Part shown: positions 39,883 to 50,117 of the stretch, piece by piece | Layout: the number at the start of each line of letters is the position of its first letter | Numbering within the stretch: position 1 is the stretch's first letter | Assembly (NCBI GenBank): GCA_041640595.1 | Contig: JBEPZY010000001.1 | Location: 96,001-160,000 of the forward strand | DNA from: Gemmatales bacterium | GTDB taxonomy: Bacteria; Planctomycetota; Planctomycetia; Gemmatales; HRBIN36 | Direction of reading: 5' to 3' | Length of the DNA stretch: 64,000 nucleotides | The notes under the pieces: generated by a model | What the model was told of the DNA's origin: nothing | Seen by the model: the letters and a program-made list of their open reading frames with translations, nothing else | Databases searched by the model: none | Made by a program: the position numbers and the translations under genes

Positions 39883-41466
39883 CTACTTTGGCTGAGCGGG
39901 TGCGTTGCCTTTCGCATGTTCTAATGATTGCAGAGCCATAAACAGAACCGCATCTTCCTTGACATCTTCCAGGGGCAACGCTATCTGGCTGTTGGGACTG
40001 CGCAGGGCACGCTCATGCCGGGCCCGGTTCAGTTTCTGATGCAATTCCGAAGACAGTCGGATCTCGTAACCGGAGTCGGGTTGCACTCCCCATTCTGCCG
40101 GTTCAGCATTCCCCACGAAACGGTGCATATTTTTGCCACTGGGACGAATGAACAAACCCACCGTAAGCTTGATCTCCTGATATTCGCCCACCGGCTGCAA
40201 GAGCGGTAAACTTTGCTGTACACTCGCTTTGCCGTAGGTACGCTCCCCGACGAGAATGCCGCGATGGTTATCCTGAATTGCAGCAGCGATCAACTCTCCG
40301 CCCCCTCGCGTCTGTGGCCCGATGAGCACGACTAAAGGGAAATCGGTGTAACTACCCTCGCGGGTGCTTACGTATTCCTGCTGATGCGGTTGTGCGCGAC
40401 CGGTGGGGTCGAACGTGCCCTCGCGGTATTTCACGACGCAGATCGGCCCTTCCGGTAAAAGCAGGTCCGCAATTCGGACCGCCGCCGTCAGCATTCCTCC
40501 GGGACAATCTCGCAGGTCGAGTATCAGTGCACGCAAACCAGCTCGCTGCAGATCGCTCAGCACCGTTTGCAACCTGGCCGGGGTGTCACTCCGAATCTCT
40601 GTCAGGCGAACATAAGCGATCCGCTTGCCACGATCCAGCCAGTAATCCCAATCCTGTCCGCTGGTCCGGCGATATCCCAGGACGGTTTCCTCGACATAAG
40701 TTTCACAGGGCAGTTCCAACTCGAACACATTTTTGGTGCCGCGTCGCTCGATGGCTAAAAGAAGCTTATTGCTCACCCGCTGGCCGTCGCCGTTCAGCCG
40801 TGCCTGAATTTCTGCATAGGTCAGGTTCGCCGTCTCCTCGCCGTTTATTTTCAAAATTCTGTCGCCCGGTAATAACCCCGCACGATGGGCTGGGCTTCCC
40901 AAACGCACATCGCTTATCTCAAAAGGCCCTTTTCCGAGTCGTTCTCCGATAACGATACCACTGCCGAACGACACAGCTTCGAGATTCATCATGTTCCTGC
41001 GATCTTCTGGCGTGATGAACCCCGAATGGGGATCAAGGATACGGAACATTCCCTGGAGGCTAATTACAGCATCCCGGCCCCGTATGGAATCCGGATTGCC
41101 TAACTGTCGGCGAAACTCGACCAGCTCGGCCAGAGCTTCGCGTTCGGCAAACCACTTTTCCGGTTGATGGCGCAGCTCCGGCGGCACTGGTTGACCGGCC
41201 GCGTCTGCCAGAGCCACCATCGCAGCCGCTAACAGTTGATTCACCGAGAGTGGACGATAATAGGAGCGAGCGATTTGCTCAGCCGTTCCCCATACCGTCG
41301 AAGTGTAGATACGCAATTCAGTTTCGCTCACGGCTTGACGCTGCTCTCGGCTTTCCTCGTCTTTAACCAGGGGTGCCGCCGTTGCGAACGGCAATACAAC
41401 CGCCAACGACACGACCAACACGAAACCCCGCGCCAGTATTCGGTTCCGACTAGCTGCTTCAGCCAT
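39883..41466 (-). CDS. S41/CtpA-like PDZ-containing tail-specific protease homologue, catalytic Ser absent
   Basis: Signal peptide, LDPHS, PDZ (GSPA..AGL.PGD.I..ING), IAY.RL, LILDLR..PGG, GERTYGK.SVQ, GV.PD. Confidence 0.85.
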   Translation of the reverse strand: MAEAASRNRILARGFVLVVSLAVVLPFATAAPLVKDEESREQRQAVSETELRIYTSTVWGTAEQIARSYYRPLSVNQLLAAAMVALADAAGQPVPPELRHQPEKWFAEREALAELVEFRRQLGNPDSIRGRDAVISLQGMFRILDPHSGFITPEDRRNMMNLEAVSFGSGIVIGERLGKGPFEISDVRLGSPAHRAGLLPGDRILKINGEETANLTYAEIQARLNGDGQRVSNKLLLAIERRGTKNVFELELPCETYVEETVLGYRRTSGQDWDYWLDRGKRIAYVRLTEIRSDTPARLQTVLSDLQRAGLRALILDLRDCPGGMLTAAVRIADLLLPEGPICVVKYREGTFDPTGRAQPHQQEYVSTREGSYTDFPLVVLIGPQTRGGGELIAAAIQDNHRGILVGERTYGKASVQQSLPLLQPVGEYQEIKLTVGLFIRPSGKNMHRFVGNAEPAEWGVQPDSGYEIRLSSELHQKLNRARHERALRSPNSQIALPLEDVKEDAVLFMALQSLEHAKGNAPAQPK

Positions 41467-42004
41467 GGCTCTTTAGCTCCAGGGCGAGAACAAACACACT
41501 GGCGAGCCCGACGATTCCGGTCATCCCTAGCGGCACGGTATCGGTCGCAGAACCTTCTTTCGTTGAGATTCCGAAGACCATTTGCCTGTGCATCGCCGCT
41601 TCCCATTCACGGAAAGTAGCCAATAGCATTCTAACAGCCGAAACAAAGAGCAGGTAGTCCAGCCTCTGCTAAGAGGCAAACCAATTGCTGCTTGCAAGCG
41701 TTCTCGCCAGGTCGCACTCCAATAAAGCAGTATTGGGCGGACTTGGTGGCCTACCTTTTCGACGCTTGCCTCGGTCGAATTCCGAATTAGCGATGGTACC
41801 GTTTATTCAGGCGAGTCTTTTTGGTGTGCGACTAGCCAGCGCCGACAGCGCGGAAATGCTTCCGTGCTCTTGCCCGCCATTGGACTGTAGGACTATACGG
41901 TGATGATAAGAGCCATATAAAAGCATCGCAGAACCCCATGGGGGCCTGTTTCGCTTCTCGGTTGAGGGCGTTTTGAACCGAGATGGTAGGGGTGCCTTTC
42001 CCGC

Positions 42005-43537
42005 TTATTCCCAGCGTACTGCCCGAGCCGGATGCAACCAGGCCGCTCGCAGGGCAGGGTACACGCTGGCCAGAACCGCGATAGCGATAGCACCGGCATT
42101 TACCAGCAACACCATGTCCGTCTGTAAATCGGTCGGTATCTGGTCGAAATAATAGACACTGCGGTTGAACACTTCCTGGCCGGTCAAGCGGGCAATGACC
42201 TGCTCAATTTCGTTGATGTATATCGTGATTGTAACGCCCAGAACCGTTCCCAGACCGGCGCCCACCAGGCCAAGAAACAGACCGTATCCGATAAACAACC
42301 CTAATACTCCGCTGTGGGACGCGCCTAACGCTTTCAAGATGCCTATATCGCGCGTTTTTTCGACAACGATGGTATAGAAAATGGCCAGGATACCAAATCC
42401 AGCCACAGCAATAATCAGGAATAGCAGGACGTTGAGAATACCCCGCTCGATAGCGATAGCGGCTAATAAGGAGCCCTGCCGTTGCTCCCAGGTTTGCACT
42501 ACAAAGCTTTGAGGTGGGAAAGCGTCACTATCACTTAGCAGGCGAACTGCTTCGATAGCATCCTGGCAATAGTTTCGCAGCTTGATATAGAGGGTCTTGG
42601 CGCGGTTGGCCATACCGCGTAGCCGTTGCATATCCCGTAGATGGATGAACACCAGACGGGCGTCATATTCGCTCATTTCCGACTTGAATAAGTCCGTAAC
42701 CGCGAAGCTATCCTCAACGGGTCGCGGCAGGCCATAACTGCCATCATGCCCGGGCAAATCAAAAGCCGTCAATAACATGAGCGTTACACGGTCACCGGGA
42801 CGTAGCAGGAACACATCCTTCTCGATGTCGTTAAGGTGAGCATCCGGTTTGCGATATGTGGCAATACTATATCCGAGCACAATACCGGAAGGCTCGCGTA
42901 ATTCAGGTGGTAATTGTGGGGCTGAAGGCGGCGGAGGTAAATCGTCATAGCTTTGTATAGGTGGTTCGTGAGGCTGATTATCCATCGGCAAAGGGGCAAG
43001 AGGCGGTGACTTGCGAAAACGGGCTTGACTAATCCATTCCTGTTGGCGTCGCAAATGCTCCATTTCCAGATGAAAACGCTCAGCAACAGCGCCCCGCACG
43101 CGAAAGCAATCCTCAGGGTGCTTACGATTTTCGGGGGTGTAAAGATATTGTGAAAACTGACCTACACGGGCGCGGCTGACAGGTTCGACTCCGACCACGA
43201 ATACAGGCCGACTAATAACCTCATAACTGCCGGGGTAACGAAATTGCAGAATGCCAAAGGTCTCTATAGCTGGAGATACTGCCTCCACACGGTCGCCGAG
43301 GATTTCGTAAACCCGGCGCACTTTTTCGTCCACTCCGAAAAAACCGCTATCGCTTCGGTGTTCGATGATCACATCCGCTAACAGACCTCGCAAACGATCC
43401 CGTAGCTTACTGGCGAAACCAGCCATGACGCTATTCACCACAATCAAGGTCGCAACGCCGAGCATAACGCTGATAATGCTGGCCAGGGCCAGGTAGCGCG
43501 TCAGCAAATAACGCCACGCTAATAACCACTTATACAT
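42005..43537 (-). CDS. LolC/E-type (MacB/FtsX family) ABC transporter permease
   Basis: RYL, SVMLGVATLIVVNSVM.GF, V.EKTRDIGILKALGAS, VYYFD.IP, YPA.RAA.L.P..A.R.E. Confidence 0.88.
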   Translation of the reverse strand: MYKWLLAWRYLLTRYLALASIISVMLGVATLIVVNSVMAGFASKLRDRLRGLLADVIIEHRSDSGFFGVDEKVRRVYEILGDRVEAVSPAIETFGILQFRYPGSYEVISRPVFVVGVEPVSRARVGQFSQYLYTPENRKHPEDCFRVRGAVAERFHLEMEHLRRQQEWISQARFRKSPPLAPLPMDNQPHEPPIQSYDDLPPPPSAPQLPPELREPSGIVLGYSIATYRKPDAHLNDIEKDVFLLRPGDRVTLMLLTAFDLPGHDGSYGLPRPVEDSFAVTDLFKSEMSEYDARLVFIHLRDMQRLRGMANRAKTLYIKLRNYCQDAIEAVRLLSDSDAFPPQSFVVQTWEQRQGSLLAAIAIERGILNVLLFLIIAVAGFGILAIFYTIVVEKTRDIGILKALGASHSGVLGLFIGYGLFLGLVGAGLGTVLGVTITIYINEIEQVIARLTGQEVFNRSVYYFDQIPTDLQTDMVLLVNAGAIAIAVLASVYPALRAAWLHPARAVRWE

Positions 43538-43605
43538 ATCCCGCTCCTAAGTGAAATGCCACTGGTTCAGGCGCCCTCGAATTTAGTTTGTTCTTATGTC
43601 GCGGT

Positions 43606-45183
43606 TCAGCCCTGCGAAGGGGATTCGGGGCTGCGCTTTTCCGGCCGCAATAACGGGAATAAAATGACATCGCGAATAGTTCGGCTGCCGGTCAACACCA
43701 TGACCAGCCTATCAATGCCGATGCCCAGACCGCCTGCCGGAGGCATGCCGTATTTCAAGGCCTTGATAAAATCTTCGTCCATGCGGGCCATAGACTCTTC
43801 TTCCGGTAAACCAGCCAGTTGTCGGCGAAACGTCGCTTCCTGAGTAACAGGATCGTTTAGTTCCGTATAGGCATTTGCTAATTCCATGCCCTGGATATAA
43901 AGCTCAAAACGTTCGGCGATCTCCGGATTGTCTCGTTTGCGTTTCGTCAGGGGACATAAAGAGGCAGGGTAGTCATAAACAAAGACCGGGCCGACCAGTT
44001 TATCCTCGATAACTTCCTCGAACAGGTAGTGAACGAGAACGTCTCGCTCCTTACCCGCAGTATCTATGCCATAGCGTTGTGCAGCTTGCAGCACCGCCTG
44101 GGTGTCCTGCCAATCTACGCCGATATGCTGACGAAACAGCTCCGTGTAACTCACGCGAGGCCAGGGCGGAGTGAAATCCATTTCCTGATCGCCTAAGTGT
44201 AATTTCCGTCCATGCCCCAATAGCTCCACGCACGACGAGATAAGCCCTTCCGTCAAATCCATCATGGTGTTATAGTCGCCATAGGCCTGGTATAGTTCTA
44301 ACATAGTGAATTCTGGATTATGTTTGGGGCTGATGCCTTCGTTGCGGAACACGCGGCCGATTTCATATATTTTTTCAAACCCGGCGACTAATAACCGCTT
44401 CAGATGCAATTCCAGAGCTATGCGCAGGTAGAGGTCAATGTCCAGAGCATTGTGGTGGGTGACGAAAGGACGGGCAGCCGCCCCGCCAGCAATGGTTTGC
44501 AGTACCGGCGTCTCTACCTCCAGATAACCGAGTCGATTGAGATAGTCGCGGATGTGCCGAATAATACGAACGCGTGTCAGGGCCTTGTTACGAAGTTCGG
44601 GATTATAGATAAGGTCTAAGTATCGGTGGCGAAGGGCGAATTCCACATCCTCAATGCCTGACCACTTATCAGGATGGGGCAACAGTGACTTGGCCAGGTA
44701 GTGTAATTGCTGGGCGAAGACAGTGAGCTCGCCAGTTTTCGTTTTTCCAAACCGCCCATCTACACCCAGGAGATCGCCCAGATCAAGGTACTCGCAAAGC
44801 TGCCAGTTCAGTTCGCCGACCTGTTTCTGGCCAATGAGCACCTGAATTTTGCCGGTAGCGTCAGCCAGGTCGAGGAAAATGATGCGTCCCATTCGGCGAA
44901 TGGTACGAATTCGTCCAGCGATGCGTACCGGAGGACCCGCGGTGAGCGGATCACCTTCCGCAACCGGTAGAGAGCGTACCTTCGCGATGGGCTGGTGGCT
45001 GTCGAACCTGCCTCCCCACGGATCCAGCCCCAGCGCTTCGATATGCTTTAATTTTGCCAGGCGGTCGGCTTCAAATTTCTCCAGCACCGTTGTCAAGGTT
45101 TCCTCGCTATTGGCGGCGTCAGTCCTGGGGGGACCGAGCGATTGTAGTTTGCTGGGCGACGCTGTCAATGCAGCCTGTCCCAA
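43606..45183 (-). CDS. lysS: Lysine--tRNA ligase (class II)
   Basis: R.RYLDL, EVETP.L, GGAAARPF.THHN, LRIA.EL.LKRL, FRNEG, HNPEFT.LE.Y, E.ANAY.ELNDP, GMPP.GG.G.GIDRL; start uncertain. Confidence 0.97.
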   Translation of the reverse strand: MGQAALTASPSKLQSLGPPRTDAANSEETLTTVLEKFEADRLAKLKHIEALGLDPWGGRFDSHQPIAKVRSLPVAEGDPLTAGPPVRIAGRIRTIRRMGRIIFLDLADATGKIQVLIGQKQVGELNWQLCEYLDLGDLLGVDGRFGKTKTGELTVFAQQLHYLAKSLLPHPDKWSGIEDVEFALRHRYLDLIYNPELRNKALTRVRIIRHIRDYLNRLGYLEVETPVLQTIAGGAAARPFVTHHNALDIDLYLRIALELHLKRLLVAGFEKIYEIGRVFRNEGISPKHNPEFTMLELYQAYGDYNTMMDLTEGLISSCVELLGHGRKLHLGDQEMDFTPPWPRVSYTELFRQHIGVDWQDTQAVLQAAQRYGIDTAGKERDVLVHYLFEEVIEDKLVGPVFVYDYPASLCPLTKRKRDNPEIAERFELYIQGMELANAYTELNDPVTQEATFRRQLAGLPEEESMARMDEDFIKALKYGMPPAGGLGIGIDRLVMVLTGSRTIRDVILFPLLRPEKRSPESPSQG

Positions 45184-45351
45184 CCATATTATTGCAGCAA
45201 AGAAAAGAAGGCATCACCTGTTGTCGCAGGCCAGAACTCGAACATTCCAGTTGCTCTTGCCAGGAATTGGCGACTCAGTCATAATCGCGGCCAGGAGACA
45301 AGAAGAGCCAGAAATCAGCAATTCGGACATCACATTGCCGAGCTCGTAACC

Positions 45352-46152
45352 ATGCCAGGGTCAAAGGGCGAAGGAAATCCGGAAGTCTTAGAATCGCCGC
45401 CGACATCGCGTTGGCTACCACTATCGCCCTATCGAAAACTGGTCATCGAGATGTTGCACCATGCACGGAAAGTGCCTTCTATTCCGGTCGCGCGGACTAT
45501 GCGTTTAAGAGACCTGGTACGAGTCCGGGTCTCGTTGCCCTCACGGCCTTCCTGGACCGCGATATTTATACGCGGTTATGGCTTGGTTGCCCGTGAATTC
45601 CCGGAATTACGTCGGGCATATATTCCCTGGCCCGTGCCCCATTTGTACGAACACCCTTTCAGCATTGCCGCAGTTGTCGTCGAGCGACAACTTGGCGAGG
45701 AGCCTGTGCTGCTGGCGGCGAAGATTCGCACACCGGAAAATTGCTCCTTAACCGAGATTCAGCATCATCTGGACCGCTTTAAAGAAGCTCCGCTGGAGCA
45801 GGTTTCTGAATTCCGTCAGTTGCGGCGTCTCGGAAAGATGCCGGCCTGGTTGCGGCGCTTCCTTTTCTGGCAAACGTTGAATTGGTCCGGAAAAAAGCGA
45901 GCTAAACGGTTCGGGACTTTCCTGGTGTCCAGTTATGGGAGTTTAGGAGCAGAGCAGATTCATCCTATATGTCCGCTAACCACGCTGCTAACCTTTGGAC
46001 CGATCGGCGCAGACGGAGACGTGGTTGTCAAAATCGTCTATGATCATCGTGTAACCGACGGGCGACGAATCGCTGCGGCCCTGGCTGCTTTAGAGGAGCA
46101 ACTTCTTAGCACGGTGTTAGAGGAACTGGAGTGCGTATGTCGAGCGGCCTGA
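45352..46152 (+). CDS. Stand-alone 2-oxoacid-dehydrogenase E2-type acyltransferase catalytic domain
   Basis: PLS..RK, GTF.VSS.G..G, YDHRVTDG (HxxxDG); no lipoyl or peripheral-subunit-binding domain. Confidence 0.75.
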   Translation: MPGSKGEGNPEVLESPPTSRWLPLSPYRKLVIEMLHHARKVPSIPVARTMRLRDLVRVRVSLPSRPSWTAIFIRGYGLVAREFPELRRAYIPWPVPHLYEHPFSIAAVVVERQLGEEPVLLAAKIRTPENCSLTEIQHHLDRFKEAPLEQVSEFRQLRRLGKMPAWLRRFLFWQTLNWSGKKRAKRFGTFLVSSYGSLGAEQIHPICPLTTLLTFGPIGADGDVVVKIVYDHRVTDGRRIAAALAALEEQLLSTVLEELECVCRAA

Positions 46153-47153
46153 CGGCTGGCTACTGGCGCGATCGGACCGTGGCCCTAACTGGCGCGACCG
46201 GTTTTCTCGGTTTTCATGTCGCTCAGCTCCTGTGTCAACTTGGTGCGAAGGTTCGGGCTATCGTTCGGCCTACCTCAAAAATCGAGCGTCTGCGATTTCT
46301 TGGCGTTGAATGTATAAGGGCGTCGCTGTTGTCTCCAGCCGAACTAACTTCTGCCCTGACGGGTCAGGAGGTGTTAATCCATCTTGCCGGTGCGGTACAT
46401 TTGCGTTCTGAATGGCAGCAAGTATGGCAAACTAATGTGCATGGGACGCGGTGTGTTCTGGAGGCTGGCCGACAAGCCGGAGTTGGTCGAGTAGTGCATG
46501 TCAGCTCCATTGTTACCATCGCGGCAACCCGCGAGCCACAACTATTAGATGAGTCCGCAAACTGGAATCTGGGCCACCTTCGAGTTCCTTATGTTCTAAG
46601 TAAGCGGCGTGCTGAACAAATTGCTTTACAAGCCGCGAACACTGGTCAGGACGTGGTCGTTGTGAATCCTGGCTGCGTGATTGGTCCGCAAGACTATAGC
46701 CGGAGCGAATTCGGCGTATTGTGCCGCAGGTTCTGGTGTGGACGGATACCTTTAGTGTTTCGGGGCGGTAGCAATTTTGTTGATGTGCGCGATGTGGCCC
46801 GGGGAATTCTGCTGGCCGCGGAGCGTGGTCAACGGGGCCGGCGTTACATTCTCGGAGGTGTCAACCGAACCTGGCTGGACTTCTTTCGTGACTTAGCACG
46901 ACTAAGTCCCTGGCCGATCCCCCGCTGGTGTGCTCCGCGCAGTTTGGCCCCTATGATTGCTTACCTTGAACCTTATTGCCATCGAGAGGTTGACAAACGT
47001 CCTTATCTAAGCCCTGCACAGGCGGAGCTGTTATCGTGGTTCTTTTTTATGAGTAGCCGGCGTGCCAGCGAGGAGTTGGGCTATTCAATACGCCCCTGGT
47101 CGCAGACATTGTGGGATACTTATCAATTCTGGGTGCCTGCCCGGACTGCATGA
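46137..47153 (+). CDS. Extended SDR, NAD-dependent epimerase/dehydratase (DFR/HpnA-like)
   Basis: TGATGFLG, HLAG, NV.GT, HVSS, YVLSK, VNPG.VIGP.D, VDVRDVA.G, GRRYILGG. Confidence 0.88.
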   Translation: MSSGLTAGYWRDRTVALTGATGFLGFHVAQLLCQLGAKVRAIVRPTSKIERLRFLGVECIRASLLSPAELTSALTGQEVLIHLAGAVHLRSEWQQVWQTNVHGTRCVLEAGRQAGVGRVVHVSSIVTIAATREPQLLDESANWNLGHLRVPYVLSKRRAEQIALQAANTGQDVVVVNPGCVIGPQDYSRSEFGVLCRRFWCGRIPLVFRGGSNFVDVRDVARGILLAAERGQRGRRYILGGVNRTWLDFFRDLARLSPWPIPRWCAPRSLAPMIAYLEPYCHREVDKRPYLSPAQAELLSWFFFMSSRRASEELGYSIRPWSQTLWDTYQFWVPARTA

Positions 47154-47169
47154 TAAGGATGCTGTCTCT

Positions 47170-48303
47170 ATGACATCAGAGCCTGCGTGTGGACAATCAG
47201 CAGAGCTTGAAACCACACGGATCGAACATGGCCCGAAGCAAGAAAGACGCCAGCCCGATCCGGAATTCTGGGCTGGCCGGCGGGTCGTGGTGACCGGGGG
47301 CACGGGGTTTCTCGGCTGGCATCTAGTGCAGGTGTTGCGGCAAATGCGAGCTCGCCTCCGTACGCTCGCTCTCCATCCATCCTTGCGTCATCCTATATTA
47401 GACCTGGACGACATAGAACCTGTGTTTGGCGACGTAACCGATAGCAAGTTGGTGGAATCTGTGCTCTCAGACGCCGAAATTATTTTCCATGCTGCCGGGC
47501 CTGTAGCGATCTGGGGCGTTGCTCCAAACGTGATCTTGCAGACTCACATTCAAGGCACAGCTAACATTCTGCGTTACGCACCGGAAAACGCGAAAATCGC
47601 ATATACCTCGAGCGTTACCACTATCGGAGCCACCAGGACGGCGATTGTACTGGATGAGGAAAACAGCCTGATTCCTTCCCGGTTACAAATTCCGTACATC
47701 GAGGCAAAGCGAGAGGCGGAACGGTTGTGTTTAGAGGCCGCGAAGACAGATAGGTGGGTGGTTGTGGTCAATCCAGGTTACTTGATTGGTCCTGATGATT
47801 TCGGCCCCTCGATTTTAGGCAGATTTTGTCAACGGTTCTGGAAAGGTCGCGTCTGGCTGGTACCGCGAGGTGGAATAAATGTCGTAGATGTGCGGGATGT
47901 AGCTATCGGCCACTTGCTGGCTGTAGAACACGGTCGGCCGGGACGACGATATATCCTGGGAGGTGAGAATCTAAGTTTTTTGCAATTCTGTTACCAGCTA
48001 TCGGCAGCGGCGCATTGCCGGCCTAGATTCCTGTCGGCATGTCCTGCTTTTGTGCTGAACGGCTGTGCTGCGGTAGCCCATTTGCGGTCGTGGTGGACAC
48101 GGCGAGAACCTTACCCATCATTTGCTCAGATTCAGATTGGCACGCGGTTCTGGTACTATACTAGCCAGCGTGCCTGTGCAGAACTTGGCTACTCGGCGCG
48201 TCCGATAAGCGAAACCTTGCAAGATACCTGGTTCTGGTATCAACAATACCATCGTCCGGTACTAAGGAGGTTTACACGCTGGTGGATGCGAGCGGCGGCT
48301 TAG
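47170..48303 (+). CDS. Second extended SDR, tandem paralogue of the previous gene
   Basis: TGGTGFLG, HAAG, YTSS, YIEAK, VNPG.LIGP.D, VDVRDVA.G, GRRYILGGEN. Confidence 0.88.
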   Translation: MTSEPACGQSAELETTRIEHGPKQERRQPDPEFWAGRRVVVTGGTGFLGWHLVQVLRQMRARLRTLALHPSLRHPILDLDDIEPVFGDVTDSKLVESVLSDAEIIFHAAGPVAIWGVAPNVILQTHIQGTANILRYAPENAKIAYTSSVTTIGATRTAIVLDEENSLIPSRLQIPYIEAKREAERLCLEAAKTDRWVVVVNPGYLIGPDDFGPSILGRFCQRFWKGRVWLVPRGGINVVDVRDVAIGHLLAVEHGRPGRRYILGGENLSFLQFCYQLSAAAHCRPRFLSACPAFVLNGCAAVAHLRSWWTRREPYPSFAQIQIGTRFWYYTSQRACAELGYSARPISETLQDTWFWYQQYHRPVLRRFTRWWMRAAA

Positions 48304-48395
48304 TCGTTATGGACGCCTAACTTTTTGCCCACTGTTTATTAGCGTAAGCTAACCAGAAGTCCGCCAATGGTTGACCTGGCGCACGCTATATTCGG

Positions 48396-49142
48396 TCAGC
48401 GAGTCAAGGCATCCAGTTCCCGTTGAATCAGGTCTAATGTCACGGGATGCTTAGGGGTGTTAAAGTGCCAGGCATCAGGGATTTCGATATTTTCAGCGTT
48501 ATCGAGTTGGGCTCCGTCAAGAAGAACGCCCCAGGCCAGAACGTTAACGACTCGCTTGGCGTTGGCGGGTCGGTCGTAAGGGGTATTGCGCAGGGTGTTG
48601 CCGTTCAGATAGACCAGTAAATCTACAGGGATGCCTTGTTCGCCGAGATTGTGGGTAAGATTACGAGCCGCGTTGGCTCCAAAACTGTAGCCGATCAGAA
48701 CGATGCGAGCGTTGGGGTTGCGAAGTTTGGTTTGCTCGATTTGTTCTTGTAAGCTGGCGGCCGTGATTAGTTCGCTGTAATGAACGTGCTCATAGCCGAG
48801 GCCACGAATATAGTCGGCTAAACCGGGAACATCGGCATAGTGGAAGGGATCAAAGCCATTGATGACGAAGACGTGCACCTGGCTTCGCGGGTCAACGCAG
48901 TTCTCGGCGGTACGGCTGACTGCAGGAGAGGTACCGTTTTCGTTCTGGGCCGGTAACGTTTCGTCGTCGGCTCCGCGCATGGCTTCGTAATCTGAGCCGA
49001 TTGGCCATTCGGGCCGGCTGTCAGTGGTTATGGATGCACAGCCGATCAGCCACGGCATGATGCAAATGCAAAAAGACCCTAGCGGCAGGACTTGCCAGCG
49101 ATTTCCGGACTGTCTTTGAAGGCTTTGGCAATTGGGCAGCAT
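48396..49142 (-). CDS. Putative lipoprotein with alpha/beta-hydrolase-like fold
   Basis: LIGC lipobox-like sequence, IVLIGYSFGA nucleophile elbow, VDLLVYL, late His (WH); start uncertain. Confidence 0.65.
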   Translation of the reverse strand: MLPNCQSLQRQSGNRWQVLPLGSFCICIMPWLIGCASITTDSRPEWPIGSDYEAMRGADDETLPAQNENGTSPAVSRTAENCVDPRSQVHVFVINGFDPFHYADVPGLADYIRGLGYEHVHYSELITAASLQEQIEQTKLRNPNARIVLIGYSFGANAARNLTHNLGEQGIPVDLLVYLNGNTLRNTPYDRPANAKRVVNVLAWGVLLDGAQLDNAENIEIPDAWHFNTPKHPVTLDLIQRELDALTR

Positions 49143-49422
49143 GGCTTTACCGCGGGCATCGGTGTTGGCGAGTGGGTTCTGAATACCAGGTCGGCTACGT
49201 TTATGGCGAATTTTGCCCTTGTTGCCAACCCGAACTGGAACCAATTTGACTCGAGAACCACTGTTGCGCATTGCGGAAACTGAAGAAGCTGGAAAAACTT
49301 TTTAGCTGACGCAAACTCTCACGGAGCCGGAACCGTGCGGGGCTCACGTGCTTGATGCCGAGGGAATCAAGGGATCAGCGTGATGCTCAACATCGGCGAA
49401 ACAGGGCGTGTCAAGGCGGCCG

Positions 49423-49692
49423 TCAATGCACTTCGATGTCGTTAGAAGCGATATGTTCGCCTAATTCCAGGATGGCATGCTGGGCCAGCTGCTTGGCGTA
49501 GTAAGTCGGTACACGTCCTTGCAAAATTACTCCTCGTTCGCTGCGTACAACTCGCAGATCCCGAATGCGATTGCCTAAACGTTTCTGAATCGTTGCTTCC
49601 AGATATTCGTCCTGAGGTTCCTGAGACGGGATTGCGGTGAATTGGTGTTCCGTTGTCAGTTCGACCCACTGGCTGGTAGCTTCCCGCACCAT
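49423..49692 (-). CDS. BON-domain protein
   Basis: L.V......V.L.G.VPTYYAKQLAQ.......N.IEV; SD GAGGAGG. Confidence 0.8.
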   Translation of the reverse strand: MVREATSQWVELTTEHQFTAIPSQEPQDEYLEATIQKRLGNRIRDLRVVRSERGVILQGRVPTYYAKQLAQHAILELGEHIASNDIEVH

Positions 49693-50117
49693 GCGTAGCC
49701 TCCTCGGTTACGGTCAGGCTAAGGCAGTGCCCTGCCTGCTGGACAAGACTGACGCTTGCTAATCGGGGCACGAAGCTCCCGAACCGTTCGTCGCAACGCT
49801 CGTCTCCTTCCGCTGTGATTCCTTTTCAGCTTTGTCCTTGGTATTCCTTCGCCATCCCTGCACAGGACTGGCCGATTTGTCCGCTCAAAGTTTAACTACT
49901 CGGCCGTGCTTGCGTCAAAGAAAAATGGGTGAATTTTTCGCTAGCTTCGCTGCCTCTTTGCTGACCGTGATTATTGTAGCAAATGTTCCACCGGATAGAC
50001 GGCCAGCGTTCTCGGAGACGAAGCAACTTCTTAGGAAAACTCTCGCAACGGGCGTGATGGCCTGGGGCTGTTGAAATCCGCACAATAGCGTAAAAAGCTT
50101 TGGAGATAGCGACCGTC

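Noticed and set aside
28463..49769. Shared 13-mer TGCTAATCGGGGC in two promoter regions (~28464 and ~49757)
   Set aside because: Only two copies, in opposite orientation relative to the nearest gene starts; a 13-mer pair is expected by chance in 64 kb.
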